A stretch of DNA of 63,758 nucleotides, the filler included, from Octopus bimaculoides (lineage: Eukaryota), in assembly GCF_001194135.2 (NCBI RefSeq). It is 5 parts of 4 records of this genome, joined end to end, with 100 filler letters (N's around TTAATTAATTAA, not from the genome) between each part and the next. Parts side by side here need not be neighbours in the genome. Positions count along the whole stretch, not along the records: positions 36,434 to 52,136 come from NC_068989.1; positions 52,237 to 61,476 come from NC_068984.1; 3 more parts are not named here. One strand, written 5' to 3'. Below are positions 41,886-54,743 of this stretch, piece by piece; position 1 is the stretch's first letter; each line of letters opens with the position of its first letter. The notes beneath the pieces are model-generated. The model made no database searches. It saw only the letters and a program-made list of their open reading frames with translations, and had not been told where the DNA came from. Made by a program: the position numbers and the translations under genes.

Positions 41886-43403
41886 CTAGCAGAAATACCC
41901 GGCGTTGCACGGGTTAAAGAGAATAATGAAATCTAAAAACGCCGTCTAGACTACGCATCATCTTTATATATAGAGATGTATATACACACACGCACCCAAA
42001 CACACGTATATATTATGTATATCAATATAAATATATGAAAGTCAATGAAGTTTCGTAAAAGAAGGTGATCATGTACATACTTTCTTGCTGTTGTGATTAT
42101 AACACCTCATTGTAAACTATGTTCCTTGTTTTCCCTTGTGGAGCATATACAAATAGTTTTTTGTTGCTGCCCNNNNNNNNNNNNNNNNNNNNNNNNNNNN
42201 NNNNNNNNNNNNNNNNNNNNNNNNNNNNNNNNNNNNNNNNNNNNNNNNNNNNNNNNNNNNNNNNNNNNNNNNNNNNNNNNNNNNNNNNNNNNNNNNNNNN
42301 NNNNNNNNNNNNNNNNNNNNNNNNNNNNNNNNNNNNNNNNNNNNNNNNNNNNNNNNNNNNNNNNNNNNNNNNNNNNNNNNNNNNNNNNNNNNNNNNNNNN
42401 NNNNNNNNNNNNNNNNNNNNNNNNNNNNNNNNNNNNNNNNNNNNNNNNNNNNNNNNNNNNNNNNNNNNNNNNNNNNNNNNNNNNNNNNNNNNNNNNNNNN
42501 NNNNNNNNNNNNNNNNNNNNNNNNNNNNNNNNNNNNNNNNNNNNNNNNNNNNNNNNNNNNNNNNNNNNNNNNNNNNNNNNNNNNNNNNNNNNNNNNNNNN
42601 NNNNNNNNNNNNNNNNNNNNNNNNNNNNNNNNNNNNNNNNNNNNNNNNNNNNNNNNNNNNNNNNNNNNNNNNNNNNNNNNNNNNNNNNNNNNNNNNNNNN
42701 NNNNNNNNNNNNNNNNNNNNNNNNNNNNNNNNNNNNNNNNNNNNNNNNNNNNNNNNNNNNNNNNNNNNNNNNNNNNNNNNNNNNNNNNNNNNNNNNNNNN
42801 NNNNNNNNNNNNNNNNNNNNNNNNNNNNNNNNNNNNNNNNNNNNNNNNNNNNNNNNNNNNNNNNNNNNNNNNNNNNNNNNNNNNNNNNNNNNNNNNNNNN
42901 NNNNNNNNNNNNNNNNNNNNNNNNNNNNNNNNNNNNNNNNNNNNNNNNNNNNNNNNNNNNNNNNNNNNNNNNNNNNNNNNNNNNNNNNNNNNNNNNNNNN
43001 NNNNNNNNNNNNNNNNNNNNNNNNNNNNNNNNNNNNNNNNNNNNNNTCTTTCTGTCTCTCTCTTTCTTTCTTTCTCTCTCTGTGAAAGTATCTGTCACTA
43101 CAGTATCGAAATGTGATTGTTTCAGTTAGTGGAATAGTTTCATTTTTAAAGTGAAAGTATTTGACATGAGTGTTTTTGTTTCACTTTTGACACGTAATAC
43201 TTAAATAGTGGAGGAGATATTATGTTGCCATGTGCTCGAACTCTGCAAGAAGTTAATAATTTTTTTTGACTAAAACACAACTGGAACCCTAAGTAAGGCA
43301 TGTGTAAAATTTGAATGAAATTGGTTGCGTAGTTCTCGAGTTTTAGGGATTCACACAGACAGACAGACAGACAGACACACATTCTCATTTTTATATATAT
43401 AGA
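41886..43403 (+). mobile_element. Helentron/HINE-like non-autonomous insertion (spans a gap)
   Basis: 5' actagcagaaatacccggcgttgcacggg hairpin; 3' (acag)n...tttatatatatagat; no TSD versus paralogous empty site at 41410-41500. Confidence 0.65.
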
Positions 43404-43525
43404 TATCTATTTAATCATCTAATATCCGTATATAATATCTATATATAATCTAATGCCTATATTATAATACATCTTTTATACACTTCACATATTACTAACC
43501 AGTTGTTTCTCCTACATGCTTACAG

Positions 43526-43683
43526 ATGTGTGGATGATATTGATTTGTTAGTTGGTGGAATAACAGAGACACCAACAAATGGTGCTGTCTTTGGACCACT
43601 CTTCCAATGTCTAATGGGAACTCAGATGTTTAAATTAAAGTTCGGTGATAGGTTTTGGTACCAAAACCACAGATTCACTCCAG
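43526..43683 (+). CDS. Heme peroxidase exon
   Basis: ttacag|...|gtaaag; CVDDIDLLVGGITETPTNGAVFGPLFQCLMGTQMFKLKFGDRFWYQ; phase 2/1. Confidence 0.95.
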
Positions 43684-44398
43684 GTAAAGTTACATTTCTC
43701 AAATATATTCTTCTTTTTTCAGTTAAAAATACAGATAATAAAGAAATAGCAACAATCATTATTATAACTGTGAAGAAAGGTAGTGAGCAGGCAGGATCAT
43801 TAATGCTAAGCATTTTGTCTGTCTTCTCAATCTGAGTTCAAATTCCACTGAGGTCAACTTTGCCTTTTATTCTTTCAGGGTCAATAAAACAAGTACCAGT
43901 TGAACACTGGGGTTGATGTAATCATCTATTCTCTCTCCACTAATTTCAAGTCTTATGCTTATAATAGAAAATATTATTACTCTGAGAGTGATAGAGCAGC
44001 AGAATTGTTACTCTACAGATGAAATGTCTTGTAGAATTTGTCCAGACACTTCCCATTTAAGTTCAAATTCTGCTGAAGTTGACATAGCCTTTCATCCTTC
44101 CAGGGGAATAAAATAAAATATTGGTTATCTAACCCTTCACTCCAAATTTCTGGGTCTGTGCCAATGTCAGAAATTATTCCTACTTTTGTGAGGATGATGC
44201 TTTTAATAGAAGCAATAGACCAAAATAGATATTTTTTCAGGATTTAAAAACTTTAAGTTCAAATCCTACAATGTCACCTTTGCCCTTCATCTCACTGAGG
44301 TCAATAAAAAAAAATGTACCAATCAATTATTGGGGTTAATTTATTCAACTGATTTCTCCCATTCAGTTTATGGCCTTGTGTTTGAGCTAAATTTGATT

Positions 44399-44399
44399 A

Positions 44400-44443
<44 letters not shown>

Positions 44444-45220
44444 TTGATGAAAACTTGCAGCTTATTTTGCTGGGTATGAGGGAAAGTGTCAGCTGTCCAC
44501 AGCCAGCAGACTAAGGTGACACTTGTTTACTGATCATGCTTCAAGAACCCTGAGGAGAGCTCTTGCAGTTCTAAGTAATGATGACTTTTGCAGGGGTTCT
44601 ATCTTTACATTTGTACCAATCTTTTTGGTCTGTGCTGGTAGTTGAGTGCTGATACTTCCAAGCTCACCATTTACAACTGGTATCACATTCCCTCTCTTCA
44701 TTGCACACAACCTGTGTATTTCCAACTTCAGATCATCATAGTTGTATGGTTTTTCTTCTTTCTCATTTATCCTGTTGTCACTGGGACATGCTATGTCAAT
44801 TCTCATGCAAATTTTTTTCTTTTTTGTTCACTACAACAATGTCAGGTTTCCAATGTCTGATCTGATGGTCACATTGCAATCTTCATTCTCAGTAACTCCT
44901 GGGATTTGATCATACCACGCCCTTGCTCTTTGTTGGCTGTAATTTTCACAAAGCTCCGAATGGATCATTCTTGCCACTTTGTCATGTTGTCTTTTGTATT
45001 CATGTTGTGCCAACTAACAATGTGCCATACTGTTTCATCCCTCTCATCATACATTCTGCATTTGTTACTCTCAGTTGCATTGTCAATTCTGCACTTCACA
45101 TAGTTTGTCCTTAATGCTTGTTCTTGTGCTGCGCATATAAGTGCTTCTGTCTCTAGCTTGTTCTTGTGCCACTCATGGAGAAATCCAAGTATCAGAGGAT
45201 CCCTCAAAAAGATCATTGAC
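44399..45220 (-). mobile_element. R4/Dong-type (RLE) non-LTR retrotransposon 3' fragment in peroxidase intron
   Basis: Frameshifted pieces ETEALICAAQEQALRT, CRM..DETVWHIVS, YKRQHDKVARMIH, IDIACPSD..INEKE, IPVV.G.LG; ends in (AAT)n on the minus strand. Confidence 0.9.
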
Positions 45221-45556
45221 CTGTAAATACAGGCATTTCTTCCTCTGTCTGGTGGTCATAACAAAGGAGATTACATAGTGAACAAAATTAAAAAGACTAG
45301 CAACAGATGTTTTTCTTCTTTAGTCAGGCCCTCACAACACAACTGACAGCAACTGTGTGTACCCTGTTTTGTCTTTGTTCTTGTATTTTCTATTATACTG
45401 AACAAATTCTACATGATATGGTGTGCAGTGCTTCGTCACACTGTCTTCTGTATGTTATAGTGTTTTACTTGGTTATTTTTTATATTCCTATTTGCATAAA
45501 ATGACTTTGAATAGAATTGAATAATTAAGTTTTGTCGTCCCTGAATCTGCTTTCAG

Positions 45557-45656
45557 CACAATTGGCATCAATAAGCTCAGTGAAGATGAGCAGAATTATC
45601 TACGATAACACAAACGTCAGAGACATTCAACCAAACCCATTCTACGTGCCACATTG
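45557..45656 (+). CDS. Heme peroxidase exon (not in ORF track)
   Basis: tttcag|...|gtaaga; AQLASISSVKMSRIIYDNTNVRDIQPNPFYVPH matches QLxEIRKxSLARIICDN...IQPNVF; phase 1/2. Confidence 0.9.
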
Positions 45657-45713
45657 GTAAGAAATATATTATCATTGTTGTTACTACTATTACTATTACT
45701 GCTGCTGCTGCTG

Positions 45714-45761
<48 letters not shown>

Positions 45762-45885
45762 AGGCAGTGATTGTTAGCATGCTGGACAAAATGCTTACTG
45801 GCATTATCAGTGAAACACTAGGAGTCGATGTAATCGACCAGTCTCAACTCCACAAATCTGAGGCCCAGTGCCTCGAGTAGAAAGG

Positions 45886-45932
<47 letters not shown>

Positions 45933-46111
45933 CATTACCTTTCCTAAAAATGTAAGGATAGTCATGGCTAGAATCCCTTGTATCATATCCCTCTTCTAGC
46001 AAAGCCAGTTTAGGGCTATAGAAAAACAATAACAATACCCTTCATTTTTTTTTCATAAAACTAAAAAAAATAAGAATTTGAATTTGAATTTTACATATTT
46101 TTGCTTTTCAG

Positions 46112-46202
46112 TTATGGATATGAGTGTGGATATAACCGAAAATATTTCCCTTTCAAACCAATTGATTTGACTCCTTGGAAAGAGGTAAAGAAATTAATCT
46201 GA
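46112..46202 (+). CDS. Heme peroxidase terminal exon
   Basis: ttttcag acceptor, phase 2; CYGYECGYNRKYFPFKPIDLTPWKEVKKLI-stop (IDLxxW C-terminal motif). A possible donor after 46184 means a further exon cannot be excluded. Confidence 0.85.
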
Positions 46203-46263
46203 AAATACATGTAATCCAAAATATTCATCTAAAAATAGTTAAATTAGTGGATAACACATTCAA

Positions 46264-46486
46264 CCCTTTTGTTACTGTATTTATTTTGAGATGCTCTGTG
46301 TTTCTTTCAGTTTAATTTTAAATATAACAAATCATTTAGTAAAATAACTTAATTATCATTAAGCTAGCGTTAGGAACATAAATTGTGACTAAAGTTTGGT
46401 GAAAGATTTTAATTCAAAACTTATGAAAACAAGTCATTTGTACTACAGAGCCAGAGGTGGTTTCAGTCAGGTTGATATCAAAAGGG
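46264..46486. mobile_element. piggyBac-like MITE (second family)
   Basis: tcaa|cccttttgttac ... gatatcaaaaggg|ttaa; related left end after TTAA at 7959. Confidence 0.65.
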
Positions 46487-46906
46487 TTAACACTTTTGAC
46501 AAAAATAATCATATTATAAAGAAAACAGCCATGCTGTTGAAGAATTTATAGTCAAATGAATCAACTGCAGTACTTTTTTTTAAAGCCTGATACTTATTCT
46601 ACAGTCTTTTTTGCCAAACCACTAAGGTGTTAAGATGTAAACACACTAGCATCAGTGTTAAGTTGTGCTGGTGGTGGTGGTGGAGGACAAACACACACAT
46701 ACATACACTGGCCTTCTTTCAGTTTCTGTTTATCAAATCCACTCACAAGGCTTTGGTCAGCCTGAGGTTATAGTAGAAGACACTTGTCCAAGGTGTCACA
46801 CATTGGGGCTGAACCTGAAACCATGTGGTTGGGAAGCAAACTTCTTACCAAACAGCCACGATCTGAAATATAAGGTTTCTACTGTTCAAAATATTTCGTT
46901 TTTATT

Positions 46907-47126
46907 AAGGTGGTGAGCTGGCAGAAACGTTAGCATGCTGGGTGAAATACTTAGCAGTATTTAGTCTGTCTTTATGTTCTGAGTTCAAATTCCACCAAGG
47001 TTGATTTTTGTTTTTCATCCTTTCGGGGGTCAATAAATTAAGTACTAGTTGTGTACTGGGGTCGACCTAATTGACTGACCCCACCTCCCCCAAAATTTCG
47101 GGCCTTGTGCCTAGAGTAGAAAAGAA
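46907..47126 (+). mobile_element. tRNA-derived SINE (family B, probable Deu/Nin-type central domain)
   Basis: ggtgagctggcagaaacgttagc...gagttcaaattcc...catcctttcggggtcaataaattaagtac; domain assignment is from memory of DeuSINE/Nin consensus. Copies 14437-14645(-), 37470-37685(-), 43775-44390(+, x3), 45762-45885(+), 47498-47690(-), 50320-50490(-). Confidence 0.85.
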
Positions 47127-47829
47127 TATTTACAAATCTCAACACTCCTAAAAATTTTGTTTCCTTTTTTTGATATTGCTTTTTTTCTTCTTATTTTTCA
47201 GTATTATTAATGGAAGTTTAAGAAAAACACTTTATTCCCTGTAAAGACGACTTGACTCAGATGGAAATAATGGATTTTTATATATATATATATCTTGCTT
47301 TTAAATGAATTAACATTTTGAGAGGGTTGCATCAATTTTTCTTCTTTTGATGTCAGAATCAAGTAATTGTAGATCTGGTTTAAAATAAAGTTTTGTTTTG
47401 CCCTTACTGTGTCTCCTTTTGATATTTTGTTTTTTATGCATGTATGATAAAACACTCTTCTTCTATAATAATAATGATAATAACAGTTTCAATGTTTGGC
47501 ACAAGGCCAGCAATGTTGGGGGAGGGTGTAAATTGATTAAATCGACACCAGTGCTCGACTTGTACTTATTTCATCAACCCCATAAAGACAAAAAGTAAAG
47601 GCAACTTTGAACTCAGAACATAAAGATGTGAAAAATGCTGCTAAGCATTTAGCCAGGCATGCTGATGATTCTGCCAGCTTGCTGCCTTAGTATTAATAAT
47701 AATAATAATAATGATGATGCAATTTCACCATTCAAACTGACAGAAAGATAGATGCGAGTAGGCCAGACATTATATGAAAGGCACCATCATTTCTCTCCCC
47801 AACGTCCCCCATGGTCAGTTGTCATCTGG

Positions 47830-48230
47830 GATGCGCTATGATGTAAGATTCATAACCTACCATCTCTAATCATTGAAATTTGCCAAATTTAACCTAGGGA
47901 TTTAAAATTTGTAAGGAACTTAAACCAGAGTTTTACAAACCAATAGGAGCAATTAGACCATGGGAAAAATATACACGGACTTAGATACGTAAGACCATGT
48001 ATATGTTCTGAAAAGAAATCGTTATTTGCTAGTGCTGGTGGATGAATACTCATAATATATCTTTAAATTCCCATGTCCAGACATGACAATCGATATTGTG
48101 ATTAGTCATCGACTACCACTATTTCCTATGAGCGATTCATCAAATTACATTCATTCAGATCGGGGCATGCAGTTCGAAGGAGATGAAATCAATAAATTTC
48201 TCCTTATGTATTCAACGCAGACATTGTGTA
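47830..48230 (+). mobile_element. Ty3/Gypsy integrase relic
   Basis: CKELKPEFYKP..AIRPWEK...RYLLVLVDEYS*YIFKFPCPDMT...YIHSDRGMQF: two catalytic Asp motifs with stop and frameshift. Confidence 0.8.
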
Positions 48231-48348
48231 CCTAGAATTACATAAATTTTCTTTTTCTTAATTTTTATTAAGATAGAGTGCGGTTTGAGGGATATTAAAC
48301 TGCTATTTCTGTTTTTTATGAGACGATAAATTAAACTTCAGAGACATA

Positions 48349-48561
48349 CGAAGGGATGCTGAAAAGTTTCTGGCTTTGGGTAAAAGAAAATATAGGGGGA
48401 TCAGTTGATTATGATTTTATTCAACACATTCCCCTCTCTGGTTCACTTATTGCAGCGGTCCTTCAGTTTTTCTAAGCCCTATAAAAGAATTCGGAAGATT
48501 GGGCCTCCAACCAAATCTTTCGTGAGACCCTTAAAGCCAAGAACTTTTCAGCACTCCCTCG
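48349..48561. mobile_element. mariner MITE
   Basis: TA-flanked; TIRs cgaagggatgctgaaaagtttctggcttt / aaagccaagaacttttcagcactccctcg; inverted partial copy about 59030-59226. Confidence 0.85.
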
Positions 48562-49194
48562 TACTGTGTCGATCAATACTCTTATAATGTGCGGAATATT
48601 TTAAACATACATGGGCAGCAATTTCTTTTCAACACTCACGAATTCCGCAAGACGAAGTTCTCAAGTAGTCCTTACTATACACAGTTTGATCCTGGGAAGT
48701 AAACAATACATATATTTATGTATGCATGTAAACATACATAAATACGTACATACATTTATACAGACACACACCGAGAACAAAGGGAATCTCTGCGCGATCG
48801 CCCAATCTACTAATAACGGCACTTAAATCTCTCTTTACATATGATTACATCCAGCCTGGAAAAAATATTACGGGGCAGTTATGATTAGAATGATCAGGGC
48901 TGGCTTGAGACTGTTTGTATTATATGAGGAGCATATATTACTTTGTATTTGATATATGCAAACCTCAAAATGCCGAGAATTCCGCAAATACGGTCATTCC
49001 ACCCTTTCTAATTTCAGATCCTTCCAGTATTTACAAGTTAGCCTGTAATTAGTTGGTTGTCCTCGACTCAGTAACCTTCCTATTAATAACCTCAGTCCGT
49101 ACAAATATAGATTTGGCAACTGCTGCTCTGTTTTTACTGCGCTTCATTTGTGTATGTGCATGTGTTCATATACAGGAACATGTGTGTGCGCGTA

Positions 49195-49243
<49 letters not shown>

Positions 49244-50974
49244 CGAAGAACAGATAATCAAGTAGAGTATTCTTTCACAGAAGAATTTAAAAATCATAAA
49301 ATTTATGAATTAAATATTATTATCCTTTATAATTACATAATTTCTCTTTTCTAAATTCAGAATTGAGAATAAATTGTTATTATGTTAACGCACTTAAAAA
49401 GAAAGATTTCCAGTCATTTTTAAGACATGAGAAATTGGTGACATGCTAAAAACGGTGAGACATTAGAAAATTCCGGTATTTAGTTTTGTTCCTCTACGCG
49501 TTGAGTTCCAATCACGCTGGAGTCAACTTCACTTCCTGGCCTTTTGGGTTTAAGAAAATAAGTGTCAGACAAACACTGCGATTGATTTAATTGACTAGTT
49601 CGTTTTTTTTTTCCTATTCATAACACTGTTTCAGTGTGGTAAACTGATAAAGAAAAATAAACTAGAAGGAACTTGTGATCGAGGCCCCCAAACCAATTTT
49701 AGAGAACATTTACGAAAGAGAATCTTGAGTTAAGTGAGGATAGATGAGTTATAACGTTTCAGCTTTGAAGATATGAAAGTTTGTTGGATGTCTTCGAAGG
49801 TCTGAGTTCAAGAAACGTTACCTTTTATTAATAAATTAACGTTTAGTTCTGTCTTACTATATTTTGACTTAATTTTCCCATATTCTTTGTAATAGTCGTC
49901 TAAATAATTATCAATAATATACTAGAGTCAATTCATCGCCTAAATTTCTCTAGAGGAAATAGTCTTATGCCTTGCAATTGAAATTATTGTTATTACAGAG
50001 TAATTAAAGGAAAGGGAAAATTGGAGGTCCAATACAAATCGGCTCTAGAACATAAGTAAACGTGAAAATTCAAGACTATCGCCACCTTGTATTCACTTCC
50101 CCATAGTATCACTTACAGAAAGATATTCCTCCACAAAGAAAGGTTAAAAAAACCCAAAAAACTGCGATCCAAGTAAACTAGTGATGGTATGAGGCCGGCA
50201 AAATAAAACAAATAAAGAACCAATAAATTTCATAAAATAACGAAATGATGAAGCGAGATAAAAAGAGGTGAGTTGTGACACGTCGGAAAGCAGGTATCTC
50301 CGTCAATAAATATTGATTTCAAATTTTAACATAAGGCTAGCAATTTCGGGGGAGGAGGTAAGTCGATTACATCGACCTTAGGGGTCAGCTGGTACTTATT
50401 TCATCGATTTCGACCTTGGCGGAATTTGAACTCAGAACGTAAAGAAGAACGAAATACTGTTAAACATTTTGCTCGGCGTATTAATGATTCTGGCAGCTCT
50501 GTACTGTGAATCAAATTATAAAACGCTTAACGGAAACTTTATTCAGACGGTATTTTCTATATCAGGCACCGGTTAAAAAAAAAAACTCTATAACTCAATG
50601 GTGGGGGGCAGCATACACGTGGAAATCGAACTTGGCTCAGCTGTTTTGATTTTCTTTTATGTTGGAAATTTACCCATTTGACTTTCTCTTCTTCAACCAA
50701 CGGGACAGAAGAGGGAAAGGAAAATCAGAAGTTATTTCGGCAGATCGTCAAAGACTGAAGAGAGCATTGAGCGCTAAAGCATGGATAACCCTCGCAAGCG
50801 GTGAGTCCGTCTGGTTCTAGACTTGCTTTGCAAACACTTGGCGAAATGTTAAGCTCTTCTACTGGAATCTGTTGTTCTAATTTTTCTCTATTGTAGCGCC
50901 TCGTAATTATTACTGAAAGATCATACGAATTAGTTCCTCCAAACTACCTTGGTGTTCTCCTGTTTCGTCTGTCT

Positions 50975-51010
<36 letters not shown>

Positions 51011-51868
51011 AACGTTGTATCTAATCTGTTCTGCGTATGCGTGTGCGCGCATGTATCTACATATTTTGAATGCAAAGATGCACACACACACACACACCAA
51101 TATATACTCTGTGCATACATACATTATATATATATGGAAATATATATATATTGTATAGATCATCATCGTTTCAACATTCGCTTGTTCACACTTGCATGGG
51201 TCGGACGGAGATTATTGAAGTAGTTTTCCTCACGGATGCTTTTCCTGTCACCAACTCTCACTTGTTTCCAAGCGAGGTAATATTTCTGCATAGCCAAGTG
51301 TGTTTTTGCAGAATATTTGAAATGAATGACGCTCCTTGTGTGACAGTCACACTCATTTACAATTACCACATGATGTCAAGACACAAACATACATACAGTC
51401 ACATAAATACAGGCACGCGACGGATTTCTCTCAGTTTCCGTCTACGAAATCTACTCACAATGCTTTGATCATTCGGGAACAAAGTAGAAGACACCTATGA
51501 CACGATTGTGTGGTTCCTTTGGGTGAGTGTCTTCTGCTGTAGTCTCAGGTTAACCAAAGCTTTGTGAGTGGATTTGGTAGACGGAAACTGAAAGAAGCCC
51601 GTTGTTTATATGTGTCTATGCGTGCGCGCGTTACTGTCTCCTTGCCTTGACATCACGGGACAGTTGTAAACAAATATAGCCGTAATGCAGGCAGTGTCCT
51701 TTGTTTCCAGTATTTTGTGAAAACGTGTGGACAAGGGGAAATATTACCTTACTTGGAAACAGATGAGTGTTGGCAACAGGGAAGGCATCCAGTTGTTGTA
51801 AATCTGCCTTAACAAATGCCATCCGACCCATGCGAATATTGAAAAGTGGATAATAAAACGATGATATA

Positions 51869-52101
51869 CAGGGTAGGTCAGAAGTTACCTGAGAGTAAAT
51901 CAAAGCCATTTAATTCCAAGATTTATTTATGTTTAATAAGCGAATGAATTTAACAAAAGTAACTAAATATGAAACATCAGGAAAATTGTTCAAAATGAAG
52001 TCCTTCTTCAGCGACACATTTTTCCATTCGAGTCAATACAGAATTACAGATAGTATTTATAGAATTTTGATTTACTGTCAGGTGACTTTTGGCCAACCCT
52101 G
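51869..52101. mobile_element. Tc1/mariner MITE
   Basis: TA-flanked; about 36-bp imperfect TIRs cagggtaggtcagaagttacctgagagtaaatcaaa / tttgatttactgtcaggtgacttttggccaaccctg. Confidence 0.9.
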
Positions 52102-52136
<35 letters not shown>

Positions 52137-52236
52137 NNNNNNNNNNNNNNNNNNNNNNNNNNNNNNNNNNNNNNNNNNNNTTAATTAATTAANNNNNNNN
52201 NNNNNNNNNNNNNNNNNNNNNNNNNNNNNNNNNNNN

Positions 52237-52288
<52 letters not shown>

Positions 52289-54710
52289 TGAGAGAGAGAG
52301 AGAGAGAAAGAGAGAGAGACAGACAGACAAACAGACAAAGAAAGGGAGAGAGAGAGGATGCATGTATATGTTTATCTATGATAGAATGAAATGAGCAACT
52401 AAGTTTGGCATCAAGTTGAAATAAATTGTAGTAATTTCATTGTATATATATTTGCAGTGCATTTAATGTTATGTGCCTGAAGTAACCTAGCTGAATAGAC
52501 ATCAGATTATCTAGGAAATAGTCATATAAAATAACTAACTCATGTTTAATTAACAGTATGCATTATTTATTAATAGAATAGAAAATATGAAATAGAGTAA
52601 TGAAAATTTTAACAGCACATAGCTAAATACACAGCCCAAAGGACATGATTTAGTAGATATTTTGAAGGAAAGTATTACTATTATTGATATTATTTTTTAG
52701 TTTACTTACAAAGTGCAAATGAAGAATTTGAACTTGAATTTGAATAAAATCCCAATCTATACAGAAATTTACCAAATTTGGATGATATCCAAAATTCTGC
52801 CATTTTCCATTCTTAAGACAATTATTTTAATTAGCAATCAACTAAATTTTTTTTCTAAGAGTATTTTTCTTGTTATCAAACAGTTCATTTTCTTTCCTGT
52901 AGCCCCTTAGCACATTTTTAATTTGTTCTCTAATTAGTGTTCAAATTGTTAATAATAAAACAGTGTTTTTAGGGATTTCAGTAATTAAGAAGATATCATT
53001 TTACTCGTTTCATTCATTGGACTGCATCCATATCATAGGTTTTAGTCGTTCATATCAACTTCGTATATATTTCAGTCTGGTATTTATTTTATCAATCTTT
53101 ATTTATCAAACCACAAATTTACAGCACATAAATGAGCACAACATAAACAGGATTACCAGTTTTTAGACCTGTATAAAGAAAAACACCCCTACACAAACAC
53201 AAAACAAGCTTCTACTCAGTTTCTTCTACAAAATATACTCACCAAATTTTATTCACCCTGAGGTGTCAAACTTGTGTGGTGTTGTGGTCCAGAGTGAAAC
53301 AAACTAGATCTCATGGGTTGGGTAGAGGCAATTATTTCTTAAAACCCTAATCATGAAGTAGGCTGAAGTAATGGAAGAAGGTGTCAATATATTTGATAGC
53401 AACTTTATTGATAATAAGGAAAAGAAGCAATATGAAGTGTTAGCAAAGTTAGTGTGTAGGAAAAAACTCATCTGGAAGGTATATATACTGTCATATTAAG
53501 TAAAATAATAAGTATGAAGAAAGAAATTGTTCAACTGTATGCATATTGTTTTTCAGAAAAGCCAATAATTGTCAGAAAACCTGTAGTGTTTCAGCTGCAA
53601 AAGCTTTCAGTATAATCCATATCAATAAATTCATTTGAACAAACATGTGCTTAAATTTGGTGTGGGATGAGTCTCCATTTGGCTTAGTGTATAAAGACAA
53701 AGTGAAGGGTATACAGGTCACATCTTTTAGTATATGAGTCATTGGGCTAATCATTTCTTTTCCTCACCACATAAACCTTATAAGTTATATTTTAATTTTT
53801 TGCCACCACTACATCAAGTACAATAGCACTAACTTGACTATCTAAGGTATACAGACAGTATGATGAGGTATGACAATGAAGTATAAGGGACCTCTATTCC
53901 ATTTGAGATCTCTTAACTTAAAATACATTGGATTCCATCCTTCTATAAATGTCATAAATTCTAAATACCATAAATTGATCTTTAAATTTTTTTATATGTA
54001 TAAACAGAAAAGGCATTAACATCATAATTTCTCTTCACCCACCCTTCTGCTTAAGATAAATAAACGTTTAATGTTTTTGTTTTAAGTTTTAAATATTCAA
54101 GCAGTTGTAGCAGTTCTTTGATCTGGTGTAGAATTAATATGAATCAATGTTCGGTTTTTCTAGATTGTAAATATCAGATTTATATTTGACTTTTTGAAGT
54201 TTGGTTTAAATATCTCATCTAACTATTGATATATATACATGTGTGTGTATGCATGTGTGCATATGAGTATAGATGTATGCATGTATATGTATACACACAT
54301 ACACACATACATGCGTGTATGTGTGTGTATAGATATATGCATGTATATGTATGCATATATGTATATATATATGCATATATATGTATACACACACATATAT
54401 ATCTATACACATACTTATAAGTCATATATGTATATGCATACCAACATAAACATATATATACATGCATATACACATACTCTCATACATGTGTGAGTGTGTT
54501 GTTGTTTTTTTTGTCTCATGAGCAGCCTTTAACATTTTCTTATCCAAAAGGGTTTTACAACTCATATTTGCTAGCTATTATTTATAGCTTTTATGCGTGT
54601 GCTTCAGTATATTCCAAGAATATATGTGTGTGAGTACATATATGAATACATATGCATACATATATATGTGCATACACACACGTGCATGTGTGTGTATACA
54701 TGAGTGTGTG

Positions 54711-54743
<33 letters not shown>

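Noticed and set aside
50756-50782. CTGAAGA gagc attga gcgc taaag hammerhead-like string
   Set aside because: GAAA is absent, stem II is mismatched and no stems I/III are evident.
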